A stretch of DNA of 64,000 bases from Rebecca billardiae RCC1528 (Eukaryota > Protista > Haptophyta). Position numbers and translations under genes: made by a program. The notes under the pieces were generated by a model. It saw nothing but the letters and a program-made list of their open reading frames with translations, ran no database searches and was not told the DNA's origin. Location of the stretch: NCBI GenBank assembly GCA_965240325.2, contig OZ251222.1, positions 2,294,001 through 2,358,000 of the forward strand, read 5' to 3'. Numbering within the stretch: the stretch's first letter is position 1; each line of letters begins with the position of its first letter. Below, piece by piece: positions 22,783 through 33,498 of this stretch.

Positions 22783-23730
22783 AATCACGCCTTAACCAAG
22801 TGTGCACGTTAAAACATAGTAAACTGTAGTAGTACAAGAACAAGTGTCAAGAGCACGGCGGTTTCCCAAGTTTACCCGCGGCCGGATCACAGGATTCCTC
22901 TCGACTCCCGCGTGCGGACGAGGGCGAACGCGCCTGCGGAGTCAACCCGCCTCACCGCACATGTTGCTCCGCGTGGCGAGAGTCGCCCTGCTCGTCCTGC
23001 CTTGCTGCACGGCGACCATCGCCTCGTTGCAGCCCACAACCGCAGCCCGCCGTTCAGTCGCGCCACGGTCTCGTGTTCGCGCAGCTGGCGAGTACACGGT
23101 GCGACTGAACAAGCCGCTGGGCATCGTCTTTGAGGAGAACGTGGCCGGCGAAGAGAAAGGTGTGCGTGTCGCCGAGTTGCTTCAAGGTGGCAATGCGGAC
23201 TCAAACGGGCGCGTGTGCGTGGGTGACGAGCTTGTGGCGACCTCTGCTGTCATATTCAAAGACAAGCGCGGCGCGGGATTCACCAACTGGGAAAGGCAGA
23301 TGATTACGTGCACGTCGATGTCGTTCGACGGTGTCATGGGAGCCATTGGCTCGAACGACGGCCGATACGGCTGCGTTGACGTCGTGCTCAAGCTGCGGCC
23401 CACCGAGGCAACTGTTCCGCGCCCCATCAGTCGGTTCGGCCAGGACGATGTTGTGGAGCCAACGTGGACTCCGCTCGAGGGCGTCATGAGTGCGGACGGG
23501 AAGAGTTTGCCCATCAAGGCCCCAAGGGACAACTTCTGAGTTCTGAGCAGCCTGCCAGTACTCAGAGTACTTCCACAGTGATGCTTTCGCCCGCCATCCC
23601 GTCACGTCGCAATCACACGCTGTTGACGGCCGCGTGTGCCGCGTCGGCTGAGGTGATGTGCAGTAGTGACGAGTGCAGCGCTACTACAGTTTACTATGTT
23701 TTAACGTGCACACTTGGTTAAGGCGTGATT
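22783..23730. repeat. Perfect 50-bp inverted repeat pair (22783-22832 and 23681-23730) bracketing the PDZ gene
   Basis: aatcacgccttaaccaagtgtgcacgttaaaacatagtaaactgtagtag and its exact reverse complement; partial third copy at 32696-32731. Confidence 0.92.
22961..23539 (+). CDS. PDZ-domain protein with probable plastid bipartite targeting peptide, intronless
   Basis: YTVRLNKPLGIVFEE...GVRVAELLQGGNADSNGRVCVGDELVA is a PDZ signature; hydrophobic N-terminus followed by an R/S/A-rich stretch. Confidence 0.8.
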   Translation: MLLRVARVALLVLPCCTATIASLQPTTAARRSVAPRSRVRAAGEYTVRLNKPLGIVFEENVAGEEKGVRVAELLQGGNADSNGRVCVGDELVATSAVIFKDKRGAGFTNWERQMITCTSMSFDGVMGAIGSNDGRYGCVDVVLKLRPTEATVPRPISRFGQDDVVEPTWTPLEGVMSADGKSLPIKAPRDNF

Positions 23731-24312
23731 GACGCCATCCAACACTGCACAAAGACACCGCCACAAAACAGACCGGCACAGGCAGGTGAGGGGCGCGTTG
23801 CCGCACCTCATCGAGGCGGCCATTGCAGCAAGGGAGGCACGCGCTCCGGAGAGTCAGAGTGCGCTCTGACACCACACGGGGAGGGTGCTGCACCTGGATG
23901 TCGTATCCCAGCCACCTCGAGAGTGCAGCCGCGCCAAACACCTGCCTGCGCTGTGAGCGACGCCGCGTCGACTGATCGAGCCCCAGCCGAAGGGAAGAAC
24001 TGGAACTCAGTGGAAGATGAAGGGTGGGCAGGTCCACATGCCCGGCGTAAACTGCGCGCTGCTCGCCTGCGTTGATTGAACCCCCTGGCCCTTGGCCTGC
24101 GGAGGCAAGCGCAGCGCACCCCCGCCGCCTTCGCAGCAGCGGGGCGGGGGAAAGCGGCCCCCCGTCTCGGCTGCCGCCAGCCCCTGCTGCCCACCTACCC
24201 CGGTTGTGGCACAGAGCCTTGCCCTTTGCCTGCCTCGAACACATACACCTTGTGAGCAGGGCCAGGCGCGGCCCCAGTATACCTGCACAGTACACTCGAT
24301 CTGTACTTTGTA

Positions 24313-25898
24313 TAGGGACCCACAAATTTAGTTGCCGGCTGCAGCAGGCACGACTTTGTCTCAGCCCGCACGCCCGCTACGCGCCGACCCGGGCAGAGCC
24401 CATCCGCCCGCGCATGCACCAGGCCCAGCCGCGTCAGTACATACCCACCCGGCCGCGGCACCCGCGCTCTGTGCGCCACGGTGTCGATGCGCCCGGCAGT
24501 CGGTGCGCATGCACGAGCCAGCCGGCGGGCAGCTACGGGCTGGTTTTCGGCGTGGAGCGCGGTCGTGTGAGCTGCATTAATTCAGCTGACCCCCGGCTTT
24601 TGTGCATTCGGGAGTCGTGCTGCTACGGTGGGCGTGCCACGCGCCAACTCGACGCTGGCAAAATTAGGCGACGAAAGTGCACGCGCAGCCACACGCAGCC
24701 CATATTGATGCTCTCGGAGCAGGCTCGGGCATGCACTCGATCGGCTCTGGCTGACGGCAGCGCCAAGCTGGCGGCGCGGCGCGAGGGTGCATGCGTGGCG
24801 TGGGCGGAGCTACGTCGCACACGCACCGCGCGGCGCGCGGCTCAGCGCACGGAGGCTGCCGACAGCCGGCGGCACGCAGGCAGGTCTGCTCGCCGCCAGT
24901 CGAGCTCGCCGGCCGCCGGGTACCAAACGTCAACCCAGGATGCACAGCCACGCCTATTTGCGAGGACTCGAGCAATCGGGTCCGGGCGCACCTCATGTGC
25001 ACGGCAGTGGAGTGGGCCAAGTACGCCCCTGGTATGGTGGCGCGCCGCTGCTTTGCTGCGCTGATATGGCGAACAATGTCGGGAGGCTTAAACTTGTGAG
25101 GGACTAGGGACCCACAAATTTAGTTGCCGGCTGCAGCAGGCACGACTTTGTCTCAGCCCGCACGCCCGCTACGCGCCGACCCGGGCAGAGCCCATCCGCC
25201 CGCGCATGCACCAGGCCCAGCCGCGTCAGTACATACCCACCCGGCCGCGGCACCCGCGCTCTGTGCGCCACGGTGTCGATGCGCCCGGCAGTCGGTGCGC
25301 ATGCACGAGCCAGCCGGCGGGCAGCTACGGGCTGGTTTTCGGCGTGGAGCGCGGTCGTGTGAGCTGCATTAATTCAGCTGACCCCCGGCTTTTGTGCATT
25401 CGGGAGTCGTGCTGCTACGGTGGGCGTGCCACGCGCCAACTCGACGCTGGCAAAATTAGGCGACGAAAGTGCACGCGCAGCCACACGCAGCCCATATTGA
25501 TGCTCTCGGAGCAGGCTCGGGCATGCACTCGATCGGCTCTGGCTGACGGCAGCGCCAAGCTGGCGGCGCGGCGCGAGGGTGCATGCGTGGCGTGGGCGGA
25601 GCTACGTCGCACACGCACCGCGCGGCGCGCGGCTCAGCGCACGGAGGCTGCCGACAGCCGGCGGCACGCAGGCAGGTCTGCTCGCCGCCAGTCGAGCTCG
25701 CCGGCCGCCGGGTACCAAACGTCAACCCAGGATGCACAGCCACGCCTATTTGCGAGGACTCGAGCAATCGGGTCCGGGCGCACCTCATGTGCACGGCAGT
25801 GGAGTGGGCCAAGTACGCCCCTGGTATGGTGGCGCGCCGCTGCTTTGCTGCGCTGATATGGCGAACAATGTCGGGAGGCTTAAACTTGTGAGGGACTA
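24313..25898 (+). mobile_element. Head-to-tail dimer of the 790-bp module: TA-unit(24315-25104)-TA-unit(25107-25896)-TA
   Basis: Two apparently identical copies with period 792; imperfect terminal inverted repeats gggacccacaaattta / taaacttgtgagggac; TA at every junction; reconstructed host site ctttgTATATAactg. Confidence 0.9.
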
Positions 25899-26140
25899 TA
25901 ACTGTACTTTACTGCCTGTCGTCGCCTGCCTGAGCTGTTTTTTAAATTCCCCTTTATAACGGGCTCCGGGTGATCAGACTGGCGGCCGAAGCCTCCAGCC
26001 CTACCCTGGCCAGCCCCCAACCAACCACCACCCTCACCCAACCTCAAACCACTGACCGAGTGCGTCTCTTATTCTTATAATAATAATGGTAAACCGTAGA
26101 ATGAGTACAGTGTGAGCATCAGCATGGAGTCGCCCGCCTC

Positions 26141-27310
26141 ATGAGGAATGGCGGCCTCATTGGGGGCCTCCTCATCGCCGTGTTCTCCACGTCAGAGCCA
26201 TATAACAGCGCGACTTCTGGGTCTGTGCGCGGACCATCATACATGGCTGTCGATCCACGCATCAGCCCAGCCTGCCGCTTCTTCTTTGGACAGCACGCAC
26301 CACCACATGCAGCGCATGCGCGCGACATGGTTGTCGTCGAGGATGAAGTCACGCATCATCTCGTCCGCCGGACGGGCTTGTTTCTGAGCCCGTACGGTCG
26401 CAAGCTCAACGCCACGCGCGCAGGCGCCAGCGTCTACGTCGAGGTGCCAAAGTGTGCATCCACAACCTTCAAGCACGCCCTGGCGGTGTCTCGTACAATG
26501 TCCCCCTCGCGCAAGCGGGGCTTCCTGGCCGAGCTTGAGCGTCGATCCGCTCATGGGCAGACCGTCCCCGCGTTGGCTCTTGTGCGCGATCCGCTCGACC
26601 GCGCGCTCTCGGCCTACGACACCGTACGCAAGCGCATGTCAAGCGCGTGCCAGGATGCGCAGCGACGCAAAGGTGGCAGCCTGGACCAGCAGCTCTGGAA
26701 CGCATCATGCCCGGGCTGGCTGTACGCGCGCGATCCGCATGCCGCACTCCATGGGTACGTGCAGTGGCTGTGCAATGGCGGGCTAGCCACGACCGCTGCC
26801 GCGCACAAGCGCTCGTCTCCTCTCATCCGCCGACACCTCATGCACGCCTTCTCCCAGGCCTTCTTTGTCTCCATCTACCCGTATGCACTCACCGCCGCAA
26901 TCCGTGTCGAGCAGCTGGAGGCCGGAGTCAGCGAATTCGAGCGGCGATACGGCCAGCTGCTGGCGCGCGGCCAGCCGCGCGGGAGTCTCGCGGCTCGACT
27001 GAATCGAGGTAAGACGACCTCGACCAAGCTGCGACACGTGCTGACTAGCATGAGCGAACACACTGGGATCGCCACAGCAGCACGGCGTGGCTTGTCGGAC
27101 TCTGCGGCGGGCCGCACCCAAACACGTGCAGCGGCGTCAAAGAGCGACAAGAATGCTGGGCATCTCCCGAGTGACCCGGCTACGATGGAGCGTTCCGGGT
27201 CATCTCGTCATCACGACGAACTCCTCTTGCAGCTTGCAAGCTACTACAGGCAGGACTATGAGTGCTTTGGCTATGAGTACCCCCCCCAACTCACTGCTGT
27301 CGAAGTCTGA
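26141..27310 (+). CDS. Sulfotransferase family 2 (carbohydrate sulfotransferase-like) protein
   Basis: Hydrophobic N-terminus, 5'-PSB motif VEVPKCASTT, 3'-PB motif VRDPLDRALSAY, C-terminal YYRQDYECFGY. Confidence 0.8.
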   Translation: MRNGGLIGGLLIAVFSTSEPYNSATSGSVRGPSYMAVDPRISPACRFFFGQHAPPHAAHARDMVVVEDEVTHHLVRRTGLFLSPYGRKLNATRAGASVYVEVPKCASTTFKHALAVSRTMSPSRKRGFLAELERRSAHGQTVPALALVRDPLDRALSAYDTVRKRMSSACQDAQRRKGGSLDQQLWNASCPGWLYARDPHAALHGYVQWLCNGGLATTAAAHKRSSPLIRRHLMHAFSQAFFVSIYPYALTAAIRVEQLEAGVSEFERRYGQLLARGQPRGSLAARLNRGKTTSTKLRHVLTSMSEHTGIATAARRGLSDSAAGRTQTRAAASKSDKNAGHLPSDPATMERSGSSRHHDELLLQLASYYRQDYECFGYEYPPQLTAVEV

Positions 27311-27659
27311 ACTGCTTCAGGCTCAGGCCTCAGCGTGCAGCATGATTATTGTACATGGGGGTAGTCATAATTCGTAGGCGGAGCAGTCGTATTTTTAGCA
27401 CTAATAACTACGACGCGACTCTCTCTCTCTCTCTCTCTCTCGCTTTCTCTCTAGATAGTAGATTGAACGACGTGACAGTAATCAGCAGTATATGCAACGG
27501 GCAAGCGTCAGCAGGCTCAGAGTGAGTGAGAGTGCAGCGCACGCCTGCACGGACACATAGAATAATGCGTCCGCGCCTTCCAACCAGGTCAGCAGTGCGC
27601 TGCCACCCGCAGCCCTGTCCCCCTAGCTATATATAACTCGATCAGCAGTCCGCCGTCTT

Positions 27660-27960
27660 GGCCCGCGGTGCAGGGCGGAGCGCGCAGCGTGGAGCCCGCA
27701 GTGCGGGCCCTAACTACGTCGTATCAAAAAGATCTACTTTGATCAAAGAAAAAAGGGACGGGGCCGGGGCGATTTTCAGGCAGGTGGAGACCGAGCCGTT
27801 TCGATTTTTCGAGACCGCATAGAGACGTTCATACTTCATTCGGCGATCGAGAAAACACCGCGCCCACGATAGTCGATATTCCCTAAGTAAAGTGCGATCC
27901 GGACGTGAGCCGGACGTGACTTTAACGTAACGGTTCGTTACGAGCGAATCGTATTCGTCG
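27660..27960 (-). repeat. Diverged dispersed repeat, copy 2
   Basis: Reverse-complement homology to 4140-4420; small related fragment near 2584-2606. Confidence 0.7.
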
Positions 27961-28565
27961 TCCCGGATCGCGTGACGTCCGGACTGGGCCACTCATCCGG
28001 ATCGGAGGTGACGTGCCCCGCACGATGGCGGATGGGTGGGACCAACCCCTGGCTGCGAGCGCGCCTGCACGTGCCTCCGGACCCGCCTCCCGCTTGCTGC
28101 TCACGCAGTCAGCTGCGACCGTGGCGCATGATCGCAGAAGCAGTGCCGGCAGTACGGCCTGCATCAGCTAGCTAGTGCCGCGCCGTCGTGGCGCGCGCGG
28201 TAGCGTTGCGTTTGCAGCGCTGCTCGCGCTCGGCGACGGCACGCGCGTGCGGCTCAGGTGTGTCAAATGCGGTCTCGTCGGCGCGTTTTCGCCTGCCACC
28301 TCGTGCACCCGTGCCGCCAGCTTCATCGTCTTCATGAGGACTGCTGCTGCTGTCGCCATCCGCTCTCCATCACCCCGGGCCCGAGTCGCGCGGCGCGCGC
28401 GGTAGCAGCCAAGCAGGGCGAGTACGGTCACTCTCACCCGTGCAACGGGTCAAGCTAGTGGCCAGAGTACGTCTGGTCGTTGACTGGCACGGGCCGCAGC
28501 GCTAAAGCACCCTGCTGTCACACCCGACTCCTTCAGTACTCCGAGCTCCGCGGCACGACTCACTC

Positions 28566-28745
28566 GGCACGATCGCAGACGGGTCGGATCCGAGCTGATC
28601 AGCCAGAGTTGGACAGTTTCAGGCAGCTAACAGTAATAGTTGTCAGACGGACGTCCGATGCCGATGGCACGATCGCGGACGGGTCGGATCCGAGCTGATC
28701 AGCCAGTTGGACATTTGGCAGCTAGTTGTCAGACGGACGTCCGAT
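28566..28745. repeat. Two-copy tandem duplication, period about 100 bp
   Basis: ggcacgatcgc.gacgggtcggatccgagctgatcagccag and tagttgtcagacggacgtccgat each occur twice. Confidence 0.85.
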
Positions 28746-29113
28746 TTGACCGGTGCCGCCTGCCGGGTGCGGTCTCCGGTCCGCTCCTGTGATTGTGTGA
28801 AGTGTGTGAATGAGTCTCGCGGTCGCAGGCAGGGCGACGGTCGGACTAATAGCTTCATCAGTCATCTCAGAACCGACTTCAACTGGCGAACTGCCACGAC
28901 TACGGCGGAGAGCCGCGATTGCACGGCCACCGCGGGCCCCCAACTGCGTTGATTCTGTGGCAACGCAGAAAAGGACCGCGGAACGCGGTCATATAACATA
29001 TTAGCCTGCTGCTATTATCAGGGCTATACGGCGGCTGTCATAGGTGATGCTTACTTTATACTTACGGCGAGCGCATCACTCCGTCACACGGACTCAGTAT
29101 TAGTATTTAGTAA

Positions 29114-31154
29114 CACAGTGAACAAAAACGGGATTATCGTTACCGTAACCCGTCCGACACGAGCCGATTTTCGGGGAATTTCTCGCGCGGGCCGCACGAG
29201 CGCACAGACGACGCTACGGTGGTCGCGCAGGCGCCTGGCGAGTGCCCCGGGCATGGGACTGCAACATCCCACCCAGCCTCCCCATCCCTCCGCCCCTCTC
29301 TGCCTCGCCGGGTTGCACGCGGCTGGCCGGTCACGTAGTCGTGGTGAGCCATTCGTGAGCGTGGAGCCCTGCTGCTCAGTGCGGCGATGCAGCGAGGCGA
29401 AGCGGCGCGTAAGATGGCGCATCTTACTCCGAATGCAGTCTGCTACCAGCACAGCCGCCCTCGCCGGAGTGCCTGGTCGTCACCTTCGTCGTGTGCACGT
29501 GTCGCGCGCTGCCCATCAACGAGCGATCGTAAGCCTTCTCCGGAGCCATTCAAACACGCTCGTCCTCGACGAGGCGTGCGCGAGGCACCGCGCGAGCGCG
29601 GGAGCGGCCCTTCCTAGCGTAGACCTGCACGGCCATCCACCTCGCCACAGCCTGCCATGTCAAACTCCTCCCCGCACACAGTGCTCGCGTGCCGCGTGCA
29701 GGTCGGTCGACTCACCTGGCAGAAGGGTGCACAGATCTTTTCGACTGCGAGGAGACGGCCGCGAGCACAGGCGTGCGGCGCTGTCCCACGCTTCATTGGG
29801 CTGTTCTAGACCAGTCACGCGCCCGCGGCACCCCACCCGCCCTCTCCGCGTCGCGTGCCACTCAACGCCGCGCGCGCCCTCTCGGGCGATGCCAGTCTCG
29901 CCATCGACGGCGATCTTGCGGCTGATTCGTACCCGCATGTATTCAACAAATACGACAAATCGCCGAGCTGAACGCACCTCGTCGCGCGATGGCATGGTCG
30001 CGCTGTGTGACGTCGCTCGCCGCAGGAAATTCGGTACGCGACGAGAGCACGGCGCACGCGCACGGCGCGGCGTGGGAGGCGGGGCGGTGGTGTCCTCGAG
30101 CCATCCCGCCCGCGCCGCGGTGCGCCAGCCGCCACCTCGCCGCGCCGTGGCCCATGCCGCGCGGCAGGTGTCGACCACACCGACCTTGCCGCCCAAAAGC
30201 GGGCCGCACCGGAAATTCTGTATTTGTTGAATACAGACTTACCCGCGTGCCCGCGGTGCGGCGGCGGCGTGGCGGCGGCGTGGCGCCGGCGGCGGCGGCG
30301 CGGGCAGCCTGACGGGCCAGATAGGGCGCGCCAGGTCGGGGCGATCGTGATGGGATGGTTCCATACGCACCAGCGCGTGCTCCTGTGCATCTCAAGAGCG
30401 CGCTGGGCGCCCTCTCTCGCGCCTATGCCCATCCCACGCGGTCTGAGAAGCCTCTGGTTGGACAACGTTGGCTGCGCGCTCGGTCGTGGCTGCCCGGCGG
30501 GTCGGAGAGGTCGAGGCGAGCCGGGTCGTTCGCGACGGACGATGTCTATGGGTCATGGCGAGTGCCAGCACGCAGCTCGGGCGCGCGCCCGGCGCCTCCT
30601 CGCCGCGCTACATCCACACCAAGATCTGGCCCAAAAACAGGCTTCAAGAGCGAAACTCAGTCTGGGAGCTGCTCAGGCCGCTGTGTGCGGTTTGGCGGCG
30701 TACAAACTTGTGGAGCGGGTGCCCACATGGGTTGGGCACAATGCTACAGAACGTTTTTCCGCGAAACACCACTTCCTCGCCTCTCCGCGCGCGTGCCGCG
30801 CGGCCCCCGTGAAGTCATCTCAACAGCTCACGTGTGGCCGCCCGTGGAGCGAGGGTGGGCGAGGAGGGGCGGGCGAGGGTGACGCCGCCCCGGGGAACCG
30901 CCTTGGCAAGCCGGCCGACGCCTCGCAGCCCCCCTCGCGGCACACATGCGCGCACGCCCGCCGCTCGGAGCGCGCCATCGATTCGAATGGGCGTGCGCAC
31001 GAACGACCATGCTCAACTGGCTTCGGCCCGATCTTTCTCCACTGTGGCGGCGCGACGTGCCGCGAACGCGGCATGAAAAAAATTCCCCCGCATCCCCACT
31101 GGGCGGAAGTGCGGACGGGTTACGGTAACGCCGAAAATCGATTTCTTTACTGTG
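29114..31154. mobile_element. Non-autonomous about 2.04-kb TIR element with CACAGT...ACTGTG termini (CMC/Transib-like ends)
   Basis: Left cacagtgaacaaaaac..cgttaccgtaacccgtccg; right (reverse complement) cacagtaaagaaatc..cgttaccgtaacccgtccg, a 19-bp perfect inverted core; flanks AA/AA (or agtaa/aataa). No recognisable transposase inside. Confidence 0.7.
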
Positions 31155-31188
31155 AATAAGTACGCGACGACTCTGCTGCTTAGAAGTA

Positions 31189-31190
<2 letters not shown>

Positions 31191-31235
<45 letters not shown>

Positions 31236-31252
31236 TAGATAGATAGATAGAT
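31191..31252. repeat. Compound microsatellite (AT)n(AGAT)n
   Basis: Directly visible. Confidence 0.95.
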
Positions 31253-31518
31253 ATAATGATCGGCTACGCCGATCTTCGGGTAGTGAACAACGAAGTTGAG
31301 GGCGCACGGCCCTATGTACAGAATATCACAGTTGCATAAACTCACAATCACAGCATGCCTACCAGAATACGTGTAACCGTACTCGCGGTTGTACTTGTAG
31401 TCGGCGTCGCGAGTTCACCAATGACCGAGCAGGCAGCCAATACACGCGGCACGATTAGGCCCGCGACCAGCCTCGTGAGCGCGACCGAGCCAGAGGTGGT
31501 CGGCGGCATCGAACCCCA

Positions 31519-31963
31519 CCGCGCTCGCTCGTCGAGCTGCGCACGGGTATCGGTGCGCGCGCGCCAACGCGGCGCGCCGTGCTCGCGCCCGGCGGCTGCA
31601 CTGAGTGCACACCTGCCGTCGCGCGCGCACGGGCGCGTGATGGACCGAGGAGGTCGCGCGAGCATGCGCGATGTGTCTGGATGGAGCGTGTAGTAGGTGT
31701 AGGCTGCGCTCCGCACGCGCTCCACCCCGATGCACCGCGTCTCTCCATACGCGTCGAAACACACCGCGCTCGCTCGTCGAGCTGCGCACGGGTATCGGTG
31801 CGCGCGCGCCAACGCGGCGCGCCGTGCTCGCTCACGCCCGGCAGCTGCCGAAACCTGCTCGCGCGCGCACGCGCGCGTGATGGACCGAGGAGGTCGCGCG
31901 AGCATGCGCGATGTGTCTGGATGGAGCGTGTAGTAGGTGTAGGCTGCGCTCCGCACGCGCTCC
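31519..31963. repeat. Two-copy tandem duplication, period about 240 bp
   Basis: Blocks accgcgctcgctcgtcgagctgcgcacgggtatcgg and gtgatggaccgaggagg...gctccgcacgcgctcc are each repeated. Confidence 0.88.
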
Positions 31964-33498
31964 GCCACCGTGCACCGCGCTGCCCCTCGTCCACGCGGTC
32001 ACCGCCGAGCCCGAATTCTGAACGCGTGCGTGAGCCCCCCGGAGCGCGCCTCCGAGCAGCAGTCGCAGCCATCGTTTCGAAGGCGTGGCGAGAGGAAGAT
32101 GGCAAGTAGCGCGATGATGCACCATCTCGTCGCGCCCACGGGCAGCGCGCGGTGCGCGCCTTCGCGCCTCGAGCAGGCTGCCGAGCCGAGCCGTGCCGGC
32201 CTGCCGCGCTCGATGCGCGCGTCGAGTCGCGCGTCCACCACCGTGATGAGCACGGATGAGCGCGCGCAGCCGTGTCGTAGTTCAGGTGGGGTCCCCCGAT
32301 CGCACGCACCACCGCGCCGCCACGTCTGCACCCGCCTTGTGGCACCACGCGGGGGCACGCGCCGGGCCGCGCAGGCAGCACAGCAAGCACGGCTCGACCG
32401 GCAAACGGTCAGCGCGCGGCGAGGGTGGAGTCCGGTGATGGGCGACCGGGGTGTCCGGCGCGACGGAGGTGGTCCACGCCGTGGTCGCCGACGCGTTCCT
32501 CACCACCTCCGAGGCCGTGGTAGCCGCCCGGGAGAAGGAATGCTCCCCGTCGCACCGCGCCTGTGCAGTGCAGCACCCCGCATTGCCAACCGCAAGCAAC
32601 GAGCGTGCCTCTTCGGCCTTGGGCCGTGCGTGCCTCTTCGACGTCCAAATCACGTTTCAGTTGAAGATCTCTTGATTCTAGTCACCGATAAAATGTTAAC
32701 CAAGTGTGCACGTTAATAATAGTAAACTGTACGCTTTACTTCGCGGGCCACCCGGCACCCAGTGCGCACCCACTTGGGTATTTTGAGCGCCTTCCGGCTT
32801 TAAAAGATATTACCCGTGTATGAATCAAGGGTAATCAAGGGGCTTTTAACAAGGGGCTTAACGAGTTAACGGCCTTAACCTGATGATATCCGCCACTGAG
32901 AAGCGACGGTTCATGAATCATGACTTCAGATGCCGGCATAATAATTCTTTACTTCAAGCGACATAAAATCTGACTCGACCTCTCTTTTCTATGGTTGGCG
33001 AGCTGTTTCAGGCTCTTACAATTCAAGCATCTTACTATGACGGAATGTTCGAACACACGGCTGGTGTTAGTGTGCTATTCCACCCGGCATTCCCCTAAGT
33101 GTTACTATCGTTAAAATTAGCATCTACTACAAACGCAATCATTGGCAGCGATATCCACTCATACGTACGGTAAGGCCACCCACAAAAATCCCCAAAATCC
33201 TGCGCGCATCCTCTTTTTGATTTTGCGGAGCACGTGCGCCGCCCCCCCCCCCCCCCCCGGCTTTCGCTCACGCTCAGACCTTTCGGGGGGGGGCCGTGCG
33301 CCATTATATGTGACAATACTATATATATATACTAGCTATACGATACATATATATAGAATAAGCAGTAGTCTCAGCAGTATTGTAGCTTACGACTGCTAGC
33401 TATACATTACTAAGCTAACTACTAGCTTATTGTCTACTGTCGATAATGCCAGCAGATCCGGTTGAGCCCCGCGCTCGGCCAGCAGGTGCTACTGTAGC

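Noticed and set aside
24332-25891. ORFs of 82-330 aa within the 790-bp module
   Set aside because: Overlapping ORFs in several frames with GC-driven composition and no recognisable motif.
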